Virus record (IMG/VR): IMGVR_UViG_3300044707_000140 | Location: 34,081-98,080 of that record | Direction: 5' to 3' (one strand) | Source of the DNA: a virus | DNA length: 64,000 bases | In this document: piece by piece, positions 48,016 through 56,812 of the stretch | How positions within the stretch are numbered: position 1 is the stretch's first letter | Layout of the letters: each line of letters starts with the position of its first letter | The notes under the pieces: model-generated | Told to the model about the DNA's origin: nothing | The model's input: the letters and a program-made list of their open reading frames with translations, nothing else | Database searches by the model: none | Translations under genes and position numbers: made by a program

Positions 48016-48439
48016 ATTCAAGAAAAAAGATGAGCAGACCAAGCTACCTGTAAAGGGTAGCTTGAACGCTGCTTGTTACGATGTCTATGCACATAGCATC
48101 AAGCTAGAAAGACCTGATAAAATCATTGTGGGCCTAGGATTTAGCACAGAAATCCCTCCTGGATTCAAAGGCATATTAGTACCTAGAAGCAGTATTGCTA
48201 AGACCAATTGGTTCTTAGCCAACTCTATAGGGATTATAGATGCTGACTACCGTGGAGAATGGATGATGGTCCTTAAGACTAGCAATAGTGTTATGTATGA
48301 TGCCCTTCCATTTGCTATAGGAGAGCGCTGTGCACAAATCTATTTTGAGAAGGTGAATGATGTGGAAATAGAAGAAGTGGATGAGCTTTCTGACACAACT
48401 CGTGGACAGGGTGGATTTGGGTCCACAGGTAAAAGCTAA
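47990..48439 (+). CDS. dut: dUTPase (trimeric)
   Basis: PRSS, GIIDADYRGE, AQI and RGQGGFGSTG. Confidence 0.92.
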   Translation: MSKKMLQIKFKKKDEQTKLPVKGSLNAACYDVYAHSIKLERPDKIIVGLGFSTEIPPGFKGILVPRSSIAKTNWFLANSIGIIDADYRGEWMMVLKTSNSVMYDALPFAIGERCAQIYFEKVNDVEIEEVDELSDTTRGQGGFGSTGKS

Positions 48440-48442
48440 TCT

Positions 48443-48670
48443 ATGAGTAAATTAATACTATCTCTGGAGGATGAAAATGTCAGCTTATATTCCAAGCAAT
48501 ACCTCAGCATTATAGAACTATCTGATGAGATAGAAACTAAACTAGAGGAGATTAATGGAATGGACAAGCGTAAGAAAAAAGAGCTGAAGCAGGCTAAAGA
48601 GGATGTCAATTTCCTTATAGACATGTATAATGCTAGATCTAAATTTAAAACCTACAATCGTGTAAAATGA
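48443..48670 (+). CDS. Hypothetical protein
   Basis: Coupled ORF. Confidence 0.55.
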   Translation: MSKLILSLEDENVSLYSKQYLSIIELSDEIETKLEEINGMDKRKKKELKQAKEDVNFLIDMYNARSKFKTYNRVK

Positions 48671-49068
48671 ACACATGCCCCACGTGTGGAGCAAGGTGTG
48701 AAGGGTCTCACTGTTTCAGGCACAAACCTAGAAAACCAATGGCCAAAACGTCCAGTTTATTGAGCAAAAAACTTGACAAATCTGAAGAGGTAATTCGACA
48801 GATTTCCGAAATGAAAGAGTTCTTTTTACAGATTTGGAGCAAGAGATCACATCACTCAGAAGTTAGTGGTAAGTGGTTAGGCAATGAACCTTTAACAGTG
48901 TTCTTTCATCACATCCTTTCTAAGGAGAAATATCCTCAGGCTAGTCTAGACGAAGAGAATATTGTGCTCCTAAGATTAGAAGAGCATGAGCAAGTGGAGC
49001 TAGACATGTACAGATATGAAGAGATTAATGAACAGCGTAAATATTTACTAAACAAATATCAAAAATGA
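48667..49068 (+). CDS. Degenerate HNH/NinG-like nuclease-domain protein
   Basis: CPTC N-terminus; 'FHHILSKEKYP...NIVLL..EEH'. Confidence 0.55.
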   Translation: MNTCPTCGARCEGSHCFRHKPRKPMAKTSSLLSKKLDKSEEVIRQISEMKEFFLQIWSKRSHHSEVSGKWLGNEPLTVFFHHILSKEKYPQASLDEENIVLLRLEEHEQVELDMYRYEEINEQRKYLLNKYQK

Positions 49069-49364
49069 AAAACCAATTCTTCTACACTCGTAAGGAACTA
49101 AAGAGTGGTACACCAGAAAACCCTGTGTATAATGAGTTCCGTGACAGTTTTAACATTAACAAGGTGATTCGTTCTGTAGCCATTGAGGACGGACGTGTAA
49201 TGATCTTGTTAGATGACCTGCATGAGCGTGCTCAAGAGGTTCCTGATATTGATCCTCGTACTAACAAGGTGAAAGGTGTAAAGCGCCAAAAGAACACCTT
49301 TCAGAGTGAAATCTATCTAGAGGGAGAAGATGTACAAAAATTTTATGATGCAACATCAATCTGA
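49065..49364 (+). CDS. Hypothetical protein
   Basis: Coupled ORF. Confidence 0.6.
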   Translation: MKNQFFYTRKELKSGTPENPVYNEFRDSFNINKVIRSVAIEDGRVMILLDDLHERAQEVPDIDPRTNKVKGVKRQKNTFQSEIYLEGEDVQKFYDATSI

Positions 49365-50127
49365 ACTACCGTTTATAAGCTGTAAATGCATCACTTACGG
49401 TAGGGTGGATACGCTTGAGGAGAGTTTAAATGCTTTCCTCAAGCAGGACTATCCTGCTGATAAGTGTGAGCTGGTGATAGTTAATGACTATCCTATGCAA
49501 AAGTTACTATTTGAACATCCACAGGTGAAAATCCATAATATGGATTATACCTTTAGCACCATTGGTGACAAGGAAAACTATGCTACAGATCTTTGTAATG
49601 GAGACATCATCTGCCAGTGGGATGATGATGATGTAGCTGTTCCGTGGCACCTCAATAATGTAGCTAAATACTTCACAGACGATGTGAACATTATGCATTG
49701 GAATCCAGGAGTGTTCTATAATGGTGATAGCATCACTGATATTACATGGATAGGTAATTCTGGTATTGTGTTCAGGAAGTCTGCATGGGAAGCTATTGGT
49801 AAACATCCTATAGAGAATGCTGGATATGATATGACATTCATAGAGCGTCTACATGCTTATGGTGGAAGACTGTTTGCAACGCCTCCTAAGGAAGAAGCTA
49901 GTTGGTTTTATATGTGGGGTGGCAGAGGTTATCACATGTCTGGACAAGGACATGATAAGCCTGGTCAACCAAACGTAATACAAAGACACAGCGCACACAT
50001 TGAGAACATGAGAATTCAGGGTAAGATACCTACAGGAGAAATCCAACTCAATCCAAATTGGAAATACGATTACACTCAAATGCTAAAAGACTATGTTAGT
50101 AGACTTCATAATCCCGACGTACAATAG
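49345..50127 (+). CDS. Glycosyltransferase family 2 (GT-A)
   Basis: 'ISCKCITYGR...QDYP...VIVND...GDIICQWDDDD'; start could be 49330, 49345 or 49348. Confidence 0.8.
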   Translation: MMQHQSELPFISCKCITYGRVDTLEESLNAFLKQDYPADKCELVIVNDYPMQKLLFEHPQVKIHNMDYTFSTIGDKENYATDLCNGDIICQWDDDDVAVPWHLNNVAKYFTDDVNIMHWNPGVFYNGDSITDITWIGNSGIVFRKSAWEAIGKHPIENAGYDMTFIERLHAYGGRLFATPPKEEASWFYMWGGRGYHMSGQGHDKPGQPNVIQRHSAHIENMRIQGKIPTGEIQLNPNWKYDYTQMLKDYVSRLHNPDVQ

Positions 50128-50659
50128 ACCAGCTCCTTTAAAATGCATGCTGGCTTCTCTTGTTGCACAAACTAATCCAGACTGGGGAGCACATGTTGTA
50201 ATTGACAATCCTGAGGATGAGGATAATGTAAAGCTTGTAGAAAGCTTTAACGATCCTAGAATCCGTTGGTCTAAGATGGATAAGCGTTATAATGACTGGG
50301 GTCACACTCCAAGAGAATATGGAAAGCAAAAGAGTGAGGCTAAATACATCATTATGACAGGTGATGACAACTATTACACACCTAACTTCCTACAAGAAAT
50401 ATCTGTTCTATGTAACGTAGAGGTGGGTATGGTGTACTGGGATATGGTGCATTCACATTACAACTATGCATATTTTAAATGCGTTCCTGCAGGAGGACAA
50501 ATTGATATGGGAGCATTTGCTACACGTAGAGATCTTGCCCAACAGATTGAATTAGGAACAGACTTTGCTGCTGATGGATGGTTCGTAGAACAGTTTAAAC
50601 AGAAGTTTCCAATAGAGAACATTTCTAAGATTAACAAGGTCTTATTCGTACACAACTAA
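50093..50659 (+). CDS. Glycosyltransferase family 2 (GT-A)
   Basis: 'FIIPTYNRP...AQTNPDW...GDDNYY...IDMG...ADG'. Confidence 0.8.
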   Translation: MLVDFIIPTYNRPAPLKCMLASLVAQTNPDWGAHVVIDNPEDEDNVKLVESFNDPRIRWSKMDKRYNDWGHTPREYGKQKSEAKYIIMTGDDNYYTPNFLQEISVLCNVEVGMVYWDMVHSHYNYAYFKCVPAGGQIDMGAFATRRDLAQQIELGTDFAADGWFVEQFKQKFPIENISKINKVLFVHN

Positions 50660-50663
50660 TTTT

Positions 50664-51209
50664 ATGGGAAGACTTACAGATATTGCCAACCGTCAGGAGA
50701 CTGATAAAGGCACAGAACATTTTGAAAAACATGGCTATACAGAAGTGTATGACCAGTACATTCCTGAAGCTGGGAAGTTTAAGCTCCTCGAGATAGGAAT
50801 CTATCATGGGGATTCTCTAAGGATGTGGGAAGAATATAACCCAGAACTAGAGATCCATGCGCTAGATATAGATGAGAACATCAACAGGTGGATACAACAA
50901 CCTAATCCCTATCACATATACATTGGAGATCAAACAAGTCCCTCTATGATAGATGAGATTGCTAAGAACGGTGGTCCATTTGACTTCATTATAGATGATG
51001 GAAGTCATGTAGGCCAGCACATTACAGCATCGTTCAAGATGTTGTGGCAGCATCTAAAGCCTGGAGGATATTATTTCATTGAAGACCTGCACGCAGGACA
51101 TGCTAATAGGCAAGAGACCATTAAAATTGTTACAGAGTTTATAGCTGGTCAGTCCTATTTCATGACTCTAATGCTCGATGCAAAGCTTCTTATTATTGAG
51201 AAACGATGA
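50664..51209 (+). CDS. Class I SAM-dependent sugar O-methyltransferase-like protein
   Basis: 'TDK...H.Y...Y', 'LLEIGI..GDSL.MW', 'FDFIIDDGSH' and 'LKPGGYYFIEDL' (MycE/CmcI-like pattern). Confidence 0.8.
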   Translation: MGRLTDIANRQETDKGTEHFEKHGYTEVYDQYIPEAGKFKLLEIGIYHGDSLRMWEEYNPELEIHALDIDENINRWIQQPNPYHIYIGDQTSPSMIDEIAKNGGPFDFIIDDGSHVGQHITASFKMLWQHLKPGGYYFIEDLHAGHANRQETIKIVTEFIAGQSYFMTLMLDAKLLIIEKR

Positions 51210-51859
51210 ACATTCCTGTTATAATAAACAACCGTAACTTTCTCACATGGCCTAAGTCTATGGTGGAGAGAATAAAAGAATATGATGGGGTGGGAGAAAT
51301 AATTATTGTGGACAATGATTCCACCTATCCACCCTTATTGGAATGGTATGCTACCAATCCATGTAGAATAGAAAGATTGAATAACAATATTGGTGTAGCT
51401 GCTCCTTGGATATCAGGAGTGGTGGAAAGCCTCAAAGGTATTCCCTATGTTGTAACTGATCCAGATCTTGGTCTAAATGAGACACCCAAAGACACCCTAC
51501 TTTATTTGATGGATAAGTTAGATGGCTTGAATATAGATAAGGTGGGGCTAGGTCTGGACTGGCAGAGAGTAGAGAGCAAGTCTCCCTATTACGAACGTCT
51601 TCACGTTCATGAGAAAGATAGATGGGACAAATCTCCTAAGAAGGATGGTGTAGCTCTTGAGGTGCAAATAGACACCACGTTTGCTTTATATAGACATCCT
51701 GTGTATTTCATAGGAGGCTCATCCACAACATTCCCTTATGTAGCCAGACATTACCCATGGGAATTCTCTATTGAGGAAGCTAAGAACAATGAGGAGTTTA
51801 TGTTCTATATGAACAACGCCACGAATGCATCTTCCTATAAAACCATCGTACATATTTAA
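51206..51859 (+). CDS. GT2-like glycosyltransferase
   Basis: 'PVIINNRN...IIVDNDSTYPPLL...YVVTDPD...IDTTFALY...ARHYPW'. Confidence 0.75.
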   Translation: MNIPVIINNRNFLTWPKSMVERIKEYDGVGEIIIVDNDSTYPPLLEWYATNPCRIERLNNNIGVAAPWISGVVESLKGIPYVVTDPDLGLNETPKDTLLYLMDKLDGLNIDKVGLGLDWQRVESKSPYYERLHVHEKDRWDKSPKKDGVALEVQIDTTFALYRHPVYFIGGSSTTFPYVARHYPWEFSIEEAKNNEEFMFYMNNATNASSYKTIVHI

Positions 51860-51862
51860 TAG

Positions 51863-51890
51863 AAAAGGCCCCTAGAAAGGGGCCTTTATA
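51863..51890. terminator. Bidirectional terminator at the convergence point
   Basis: AAAAGGCCCC-TAGAAA-GGGGCCTTT. Confidence 0.75.
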
Positions 51891-51913
51891 TTAAACAACA
51901 CTATGAACAACAA

Positions 51914-52051
51914 CTATTTTGAGAGGCGCTTAGATTTCAAAGGCCACATCTTACTCTTAAGACGCAGCTTTGTATCAGCTTCCTTCATATAATTATCCTT
52001 TGGTCGGGGATTGGGTACCTTAGGCGCCTTTTTTGGTTTACCTGATTTCAT
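51914..52051 (-). CDS. 45-aa basic peptide (not in ORF track)
   Basis: MKSGKPKKAPKVPNPRPKDNYMKEADTKLRLKSKMWPLKSKRLSK*. Confidence 0.55.
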   Translation of the reverse strand: MKSGKPKKAPKVPNPRPKDNYMKEADTKLRLKSKMWPLKSKRLSK

Positions 52052-52052
52052 T

Positions 52053-52535
52053 TTAGTAGCAACCTCCTCTGCATTTTTTCATAGAACCACCCATTCTCAT
52101 TTTAGACATGTTCTTTCCAATCACACGTCCATAGCTAGAAAGACGGTTAGATGTGCTCTTCTTAGAAGGAGAAAGTGTAGCACCACCACGAGCTTTCTTC
52201 ATTTTACCACCATTCTTAATAACACCACGTCCTTTAAGAATGTCAGCTTTAGTGATTTTACCATCTTTGTTCAGGTCAGGGAAGCTCTTACCATTCTTAG
52301 CCTTCACCTTAATTCCTTTACGTCCTATGTTCTTTTGAGAAGCAGGCATAGCAGGCTTATTCTTTTCAAGATTTCTAATCTCTTCTTTAGTAGCTTGACG
52401 GTCTTTACGCTCAATCTTACGAGGATTGTATTTTGGTATGCTTTTCATTTCCTTTTTACTAGGAGTGATCATACCACTAGGATACTTACGAGTGGTGGTA
52501 TCTCCACCCGTTTGATACTTTTTAATCTTTCCCAT
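52053..52535 (-). CDS. Highly basic protein with EF-hand-like motif and repeated K-x-x-x-GG motifs
   Basis: 'FPDLNKDGKITKADIL'; KYQTGG, KNGG, KARGG, KMRMGG and KCRGG. Confidence 0.65.
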   Translation of the reverse strand: MGKIKKYQTGGDTTTRKYPSGMITPSKKEMKSIPKYNPRKIERKDRQATKEEIRNLEKNKPAMPASQKNIGRKGIKVKAKNGKSFPDLNKDGKITKADILKGRGVIKNGGKMKKARGGATLSPSKKSTSNRLSSYGRVIGKNMSKMRMGGSMKKCRGGCY

Positions 52536-52556
52536 TTTTATTTGAGTTTTTAATTG

Positions 52557-52997
52557 TTAGCAATTCCATTTACGGAGACTCTTATTGATTCTGCTATTTG
52601 GATCGTTGGCAGTTTTGGCAGATGTACGACTTCTCTTCATACCTGACATTCTCGCACAGAATGACTTACGTCTATTAGCAGCTTTGCTTCCAGGTTTTAG
52701 TTTGGAAGGCTTTGTTGTTACAGCTGTCTTCAGCTTGCTTCCAGGATTAGCACGTCTGTAACTTGCTACACCCTTAGCATTTAGACCACCAGAAGGGTTT
52801 TTCCCTTCTTTTCTAGTCCATGCTGCAGTTTTACCACCAGAGCGCATTTTAGGAGCTCTACGTGCTTCACGTTTAGCTTCCCTATCAGCCAGTCTATCAG
52901 CTCTACGGTTTTCTTTTGCAGCAATTCTTTCATCTCTACGAACTTGTTTTTCAATTCCACAAGACCTACCAAACTGAGCTTTACTAATCTTGCCCAT
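52557..52997 (-). CDS. Basic phage protein (DUF6321-like)
   Basis: 'AWTRKEGKNPSGGLNAKG...RRKSFCARMSGMK...DPNSRINKSLRKWNC'. Confidence 0.65.
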   Translation of the reverse strand: MGKISKAQFGRSCGIEKQVRRDERIAAKENRRADRLADREAKREARRAPKMRSGGKTAAWTRKEGKNPSGGLNAKGVASYRRANPGSKLKTAVTTKPSKLKPGSKAANRRKSFCARMSGMKRSRTSAKTANDPNSRINKSLRKWNC

Positions 52998-52999
52998 GA

Positions 53000-53269
53000 C
53001 TATTTCTTTTTCTTTGTGAAACGCATATTACCTATGCTACTTTTAGCAGATCCTAATTTCTTAGAAACGTTAGATTTCTTAGGAACAAGCTTCCCACCAC
53101 TTTTAAGTGTAGATCCTGCATAAGGTCCTTTCTTTTTAACCAGTGGTCCATTGGGAACAGGGGATATAGATCCCTTAATAACTGTAATTGTATCTCCTTT
53201 CTGTGCCTTACGGGGCATAGAATTACGCATTCTAGGAGCAACTGTCAAGAGTTTCTTGATGGTTGGCAT
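53000..53269 (-). CDS. Basic hypothetical protein
   Basis: Coupled ORF with KAQKG and LKSGG. Confidence 0.6.
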   Translation of the reverse strand: MPTIKKLLTVAPRMRNSMPRKAQKGDTITVIKGSISPVPNGPLVKKKGPYAGSTLKSGGKLVPKKSNVSKKLGSAKSSIGNMRFTKKKK

Positions 53270-53655
53270 TATTTCTTCTTACGCATTTTACCTAAAGTTA
53301 CTGCCAAACGTGCACGCTGACCTAATTTACCAGGAGCCTTAGCAGCTTTGGCAAGCTTAGCAGCAGGAATTGGTTTACCAGGCTTAGCACCTAAAGACTT
53401 ACGTAGAGCTCCAGGCTTCTTGATAGCAGATTGAATCCATTTGCCACCTTTAGCCTTAGCCACCTTTGCACCCTTCTTAGCAGTCATAGATGTAGCGCCA
53501 AGTTGTTTATCTTTTGTAAGACTCACTTTAGTCTTTACATTACGAGGAGGAAGATTCATTTCCTGAACCTTTGTCCAAGCACCCTTAGGATCAACAGGAC
53601 CTACACGCTTATTAGAAGCGTTTAAACCACGTTGAGCTTTTTTAATATGTCTCAT
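53269..53655 (-). CDS. Basic Lys/Ala-rich phage protein
   Basis: 'KWIQSAIKKPGALRKSLG...KLGQRARLAVTL'. Confidence 0.65.
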   Translation of the reverse strand: MRHIKKAQRGLNASNKRVGPVDPKGAWTKVQEMNLPPRNVKTKVSLTKDKQLGATSMTAKKGAKVAKAKGGKWIQSAIKKPGALRKSLGAKPGKPIPAAKLAKAAKAPGKLGQRARLAVTLGKMRKKK

Positions 53656-54125
53656 TTTCCTTTAGCTTTAATTTTACGTTCTTGTTTCAGCATTGCTGCT
53701 GTAGGTTTTTTACCACGCTTACCAGCTGCCTTATTACGCTTAGCTGCAGCACGGATGTTATCCCAAAGACCGCGTTGTGATGTAGAACCATCAGCACGTT
53801 TAATCATTTGTTTACCACCCTTGGCCTTAGTCATCTTACCACCAGAACGATATGTTTGTGCACTAGTTACATTTCCCTCTTTATCTTGCTTAACATATGA
53901 TCTTTTAAATGATGGACGATCAGCTCCTTTTAAAAGTCCTTTTAATGTGCGCCTTTTACTAACAACTGACATACTTCCATCTTCAGTGGGAACAGTTTTA
54001 CTTTTATATTTATAGTTATCACCTAAACTTGTTGCTTTTGTTCTAGTGATACCATATTTGTTAGTCTTTGATTTTTGAGACTTCAAAAGTACTTGTCCAT
54101 CTTGAGCTTTCTTAACTTTTGCCAT
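53652..54125 (-). CDS. Basic hypothetical protein
   Basis: KAQDG, YRSGG and KAKGG; 'GLWDNIRA'. Confidence 0.65.
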   Translation of the reverse strand: MAKVKKAQDGQVLLKSQKSKTNKYGITRTKATSLGDNYKYKSKTVPTEDGSMSVVSKRRTLKGLLKGADRPSFKRSYVKQDKEGNVTSAQTYRSGGKMTKAKGGKQMIKRADGSTSQRGLWDNIRAAAKRNKAAGKRGKKPTAAMLKQERKIKAKGK

Positions 54126-54136
54126 ATCAATAATTT

Positions 54137-54376
54137 TTATAGACCAGCTTGCTTAGGCTCTTCTGGAGCCTCTTTAACAACATCAGCTTCTACAGCTGCA
54201 GCAAGAGCACGCTCAATTGCTTCATTAGCTTGATTAGCTAACAAAATCTTTGCAGCTTCTTCTGTACCAAGGATGGCACGAAAAGCATTAAGAATCATTC
54301 CGAACTCAGCTCCGTTAAGTTCAAACTTGTCTGCAGGAGTCCAGGTGTAACGTTTGTTAGGATCGTAAGTTGCCAT
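54137..54376 (-). CDS. Hypothetical protein
   Basis: Has its own promoter upstream. Confidence 0.65.
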   Translation of the reverse strand: MATYDPNKRYTWTPADKFELNGAEFGMILNAFRAILGTEEAAKILLANQANEAIERALAAAVEADVVKEAPEEPKQAGL

Positions 54377-54402
54377 AATTTATAACTGTTTGGTTTAGAG
54401 TA

Positions 54403-54435
54403 CAAATATAAGGGGAAATTAATTAATTATCCAAA
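54403..54435 (-). promoter_or_regulatory. Bacteroidota-type promoter for the basic-protein operon
   Basis: Minus strand TTTG-N21-TATATTTG. Confidence 0.65.
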
Positions 54436-54710
54436 TTTATTTCAAAGGTGATTGTAGCAGAGCTTTTAATAGACTTAGATAGATTGAGCTTTATCTTGAA
54501 GATGTTATGTAGTTTTAGTATCTCTTCGAGCAGCATTTCATTATACTTAGGCAGGCTAGGAGCCAGTCTAAAATGATATGAGTGTGGGTTCTTGATTATC
54601 TCAAGGGAAGACAATTCATCCACTGAGTTAATTACTCCCTCTAGATGAGCAAAATAAGCAAGTTCGTTATCAGCCATCACCTCAGGGAAGAACCTCTTAC
54701 TAATTGTCAT
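54423..54710 (-). CDS. Hypothetical protein
   Basis: Coupled to the upstream gene (TAATG). Confidence 0.6.
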   Translation of the reverse strand: MTISKRFFPEVMADNELAYFAHLEGVINSVDELSSLEIIKNPHSYHFRLAPSLPKYNEMLLEEILKLHNIFKIKLNLSKSIKSSATITFEINLDN

Positions 54711-55123
54711 TAGGACAGGGTTAACAGGTATTTAGTTTTTGCAGCTTCTCCAGATAGGGCATCAGCCAGATTAGAAATGTCATGGTATCCGTTGCTCTCA
54801 CCAAAACTCTTAAGGCTTGAGGCGAAACTCATAAGCTCGCTCACAACAATAGTTGCATTTGCTGTATCTGATAGAGGTTCCATCTTAGGTGCTTTGGGAC
54901 GCTTGCCCATATAGCCCATGAGCTTCTCAATCACCCCATCCTTAAAGTCATGTACATAATCGTATAGTCCACCAAGAGCTTGGTGTTCTGCATAACTCTG
55001 TGTAGTCCAATGTAATAGATGTAATTGCTCATGAAAGTAGGTGAGCTTTCCAGCAATGCCTTCAAGTGTCATCTCACCACTTCCACTCTTCAGCATGTCT
55101 GAAGGAAATAATGATTTTGCCAT
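54710..55123 (-). CDS. Dps/ferritin-like four-helix protein (DUF5856-like)
   Basis: 'HLLHW...YAEHQALGGLYD...D...E..MG' and C-terminal 'KYLLTL'. Confidence 0.7.
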   Translation of the reverse strand: MAKSLFPSDMLKSGSGEMTLEGIAGKLTYFHEQLHLLHWTTQSYAEHQALGGLYDYVHDFKDGVIEKLMGYMGKRPKAPKMEPLSDTANATIVVSELMSFASSLKSFGESNGYHDISNLADALSGEAAKTKYLLTLS

Positions 55124-55134
55124 TGTTTAGTTTT

Positions 55135-55365
55135 TTAGCGAGCTGTGGTAGTCGTGGTGGTTGTAGCAGGCACAGTGGTAGTAGTGGTTGTTGTAGGAGC
55201 ACTACTTGTAGTAGTTGTAGTTGTTGGATTACAACACTCGTACGCATCAATCTCTTGCCAATTACCCACCTTAGGCTTAAAACGTTGAAGAATCAAGCTT
55301 CCAGCAATAACACGTCCTGTACCATCGTAACGAACGTATGCTTTTAATTTATTATTAGTTGCCAT
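55135..55365 (-). CDS. Small protein with C-terminal poly-Thr tail (paralog A1)
   Basis: 46-aa domain 'LKAYVRYDGTGR...ECCNP' followed by TTTTTTSSAPTTTTTTTVPATTTTTTTAR. Confidence 0.7.
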   Translation of the reverse strand: MATNNKLKAYVRYDGTGRVIAGSLILQRFKPKVGNWQEIDAYECCNPTTTTTTSSAPTTTTTTTVPATTTTTTTAR

Positions 55366-55375
55366 ATGTTAAGTT

Positions 55376-55615
55376 TTATCCACCAGTTGTGGTTGTGGTT
55401 GTTGTGGTAGGAGCTACAGTGGTAGTGGTAGTAGTTGTACTACTGCTACTAGTTGTAGTGGTTGTTGTAGGATTGCAGCATTCATAAGCTGGAATTTCTA
55501 CCCACTTACCTACCTTGGGTTTCTTTCTTCTAAGAATTAGGCTGCTGGGAACTATTCTCCCAGTACCATCAAAGCGTACGAAGGCTTTAAGAGGGCGATT
55601 GTCAATTGTGGCCAT
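55376..55615 (-). CDS. Small protein with C-terminal poly-Thr tail (paralog A2)
   Basis: 'LKAFVRFDGTGR...ECCNP' followed by a Thr/Ser tail. Confidence 0.7.
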   Translation of the reverse strand: MATIDNRPLKAFVRFDGTGRIVPSSLILRRKKPKVGKWVEIPAYECCNPTTTTTTSSSSTTTTTTTVAPTTTTTTTTGG

Positions 55616-55617
55616 GA

Positions 55618-56634
55618 TTAATAATTAAGATTGTATTTATTAGATAATTTTTTAAGCTCGTTTGCGTAAAACCATGTGCAGCGTTTCTGTGATTTCTCAT
55701 CATTTAACACTACATCTAAATGAGGATCTTTAGTTGGGTCACCACTTGCATGGTATTTACCCTTATAAAAGCAGGCATATCCATCCATCTGTGTTCCTAC
55801 AATACCTGCGTTATGAAAAATAGGATGGGTTTTTAGTTTTTCAAGTGGATCAGGAGCCCATGAGAATCCCATCTCATCAATCACCTTCACCTCTTTTTCT
55901 TTCACCCACAGGTTCCACAGAACAGCCCACATATCAGCGCACCAGCTCTGGAATCCCCTATCCTCGCTTTCAAAGAATTCTTTGTTTATCTTCTGAAGGT
56001 AGCTTCTAATCAGGATGCAATCATTCATCACCTTGCCCCAGAAAGCTGCATCTATGTTCTTAAGGAGGTATTGTGCACCACCTGAATCTTTGTCTTTTTG
56101 CTCAGCTTCCTCTCTACTAATCCCAATCACACTGCCTATCTCAGCAAGGATGTCCCTGGTTTTATACTCTTCCAGTTTCTCAGGAAGTACATCTTTCACC
56201 TTACTGTCAAAATATGCAGCTCCTATGTAACTCTGTGTATCAGATAGATAACATACATCGTCATCTATAAACTTTTGAATATCAAAGTGTTCTGTAAACA
56301 GAATATCTGAATCACAGTAGAAGATTGCCTTATCACTGAGACTTGGGTTTTCTTTCCAGTGTCTCCACAGGGTGTATGGTCTAAGCACTGGGATGTATAT
56401 ACCTAACAGAGAGCTTACATCATCCTTGTCTTTGTAGAAGTGGAATTCAGCTTCTGGATAGAGTTTCATCACTTGTTCCCATTTGGGATTTTGTTCCCTA
56501 TAACTAGGGATGAAGATGAGAACAATCGCCTTATCAGACTCATTTCTGTTCCTAAGGCTTTCTAACCAAAGATGCACCTGCCATGTGTAATACGTATCAT
56601 CTGGCTGAACACAGACATACTTAAGATCCTTCAT
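55618..56634 (-). CDS. GT-A glycosyltransferase resembling plant HPAT/SRGT1 (GT95/GT96) protein O-glycosyltransferases
   Basis: Ordered motifs YYTWQ, YIPVLRP, CDSDIL (DxD), GGAQYL, WCADMWA and HNAG. Confidence 0.7.
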   Translation of the reverse strand: MKDLKYVCVQPDDTYYTWQVHLWLESLRNRNESDKAIVLIFIPSYREQNPKWEQVMKLYPEAEFHFYKDKDDVSSLLGIYIPVLRPYTLWRHWKENPSLSDKAIFYCDSDILFTEHFDIQKFIDDDVCYLSDTQSYIGAAYFDSKVKDVLPEKLEEYKTRDILAEIGSVIGISREEAEQKDKDSGGAQYLLKNIDAAFWGKVMNDCILIRSYLQKINKEFFESEDRGFQSWCADMWAVLWNLWVKEKEVKVIDEMGFSWAPDPLEKLKTHPIFHNAGIVGTQMDGYACFYKGKYHASGDPTKDPHLDVVLNDEKSQKRCTWFYANELKKLSNKYNLNY

Positions 56635-56660
56635 ATGTAGTTTTGTTGGTTTAATTCGTT

Positions 56661-56810
56661 CTATCCAGGGGATGTCGTAGTAGTTGTTGTGGTTGTGAAG
56701 TTGTTATTCAAATCACAAAGCTGGCAGGAAATACCCTCCAGCTGCTTGGCTATTTGCCATAACAAGTTCTCTGTTGTACCCCAACCTATTCCTCTTGATG
56801 GTATTGGCAT
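56661..56810 (-). CDS. 49-aa protein with poly-Thr tail (paralog B1; not in ORF track)
   Basis: MPIPSRGIGWGTTENLLWQIAKQLEGISCQLCDLNNNFTTTTTTTTSPG*. Confidence 0.7.
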   Translation of the reverse strand: MPIPSRGIGWGTTENLLWQIAKQLEGISCQLCDLNNNFTTTTTTTTSPG

Positions 56811-56812
56811 TA

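Noticed and set aside
52011-52553. 180-aa plus-strand ORF
   Set aside because: Antisense to the basic-protein operon and downstream of the bidirectional terminator.
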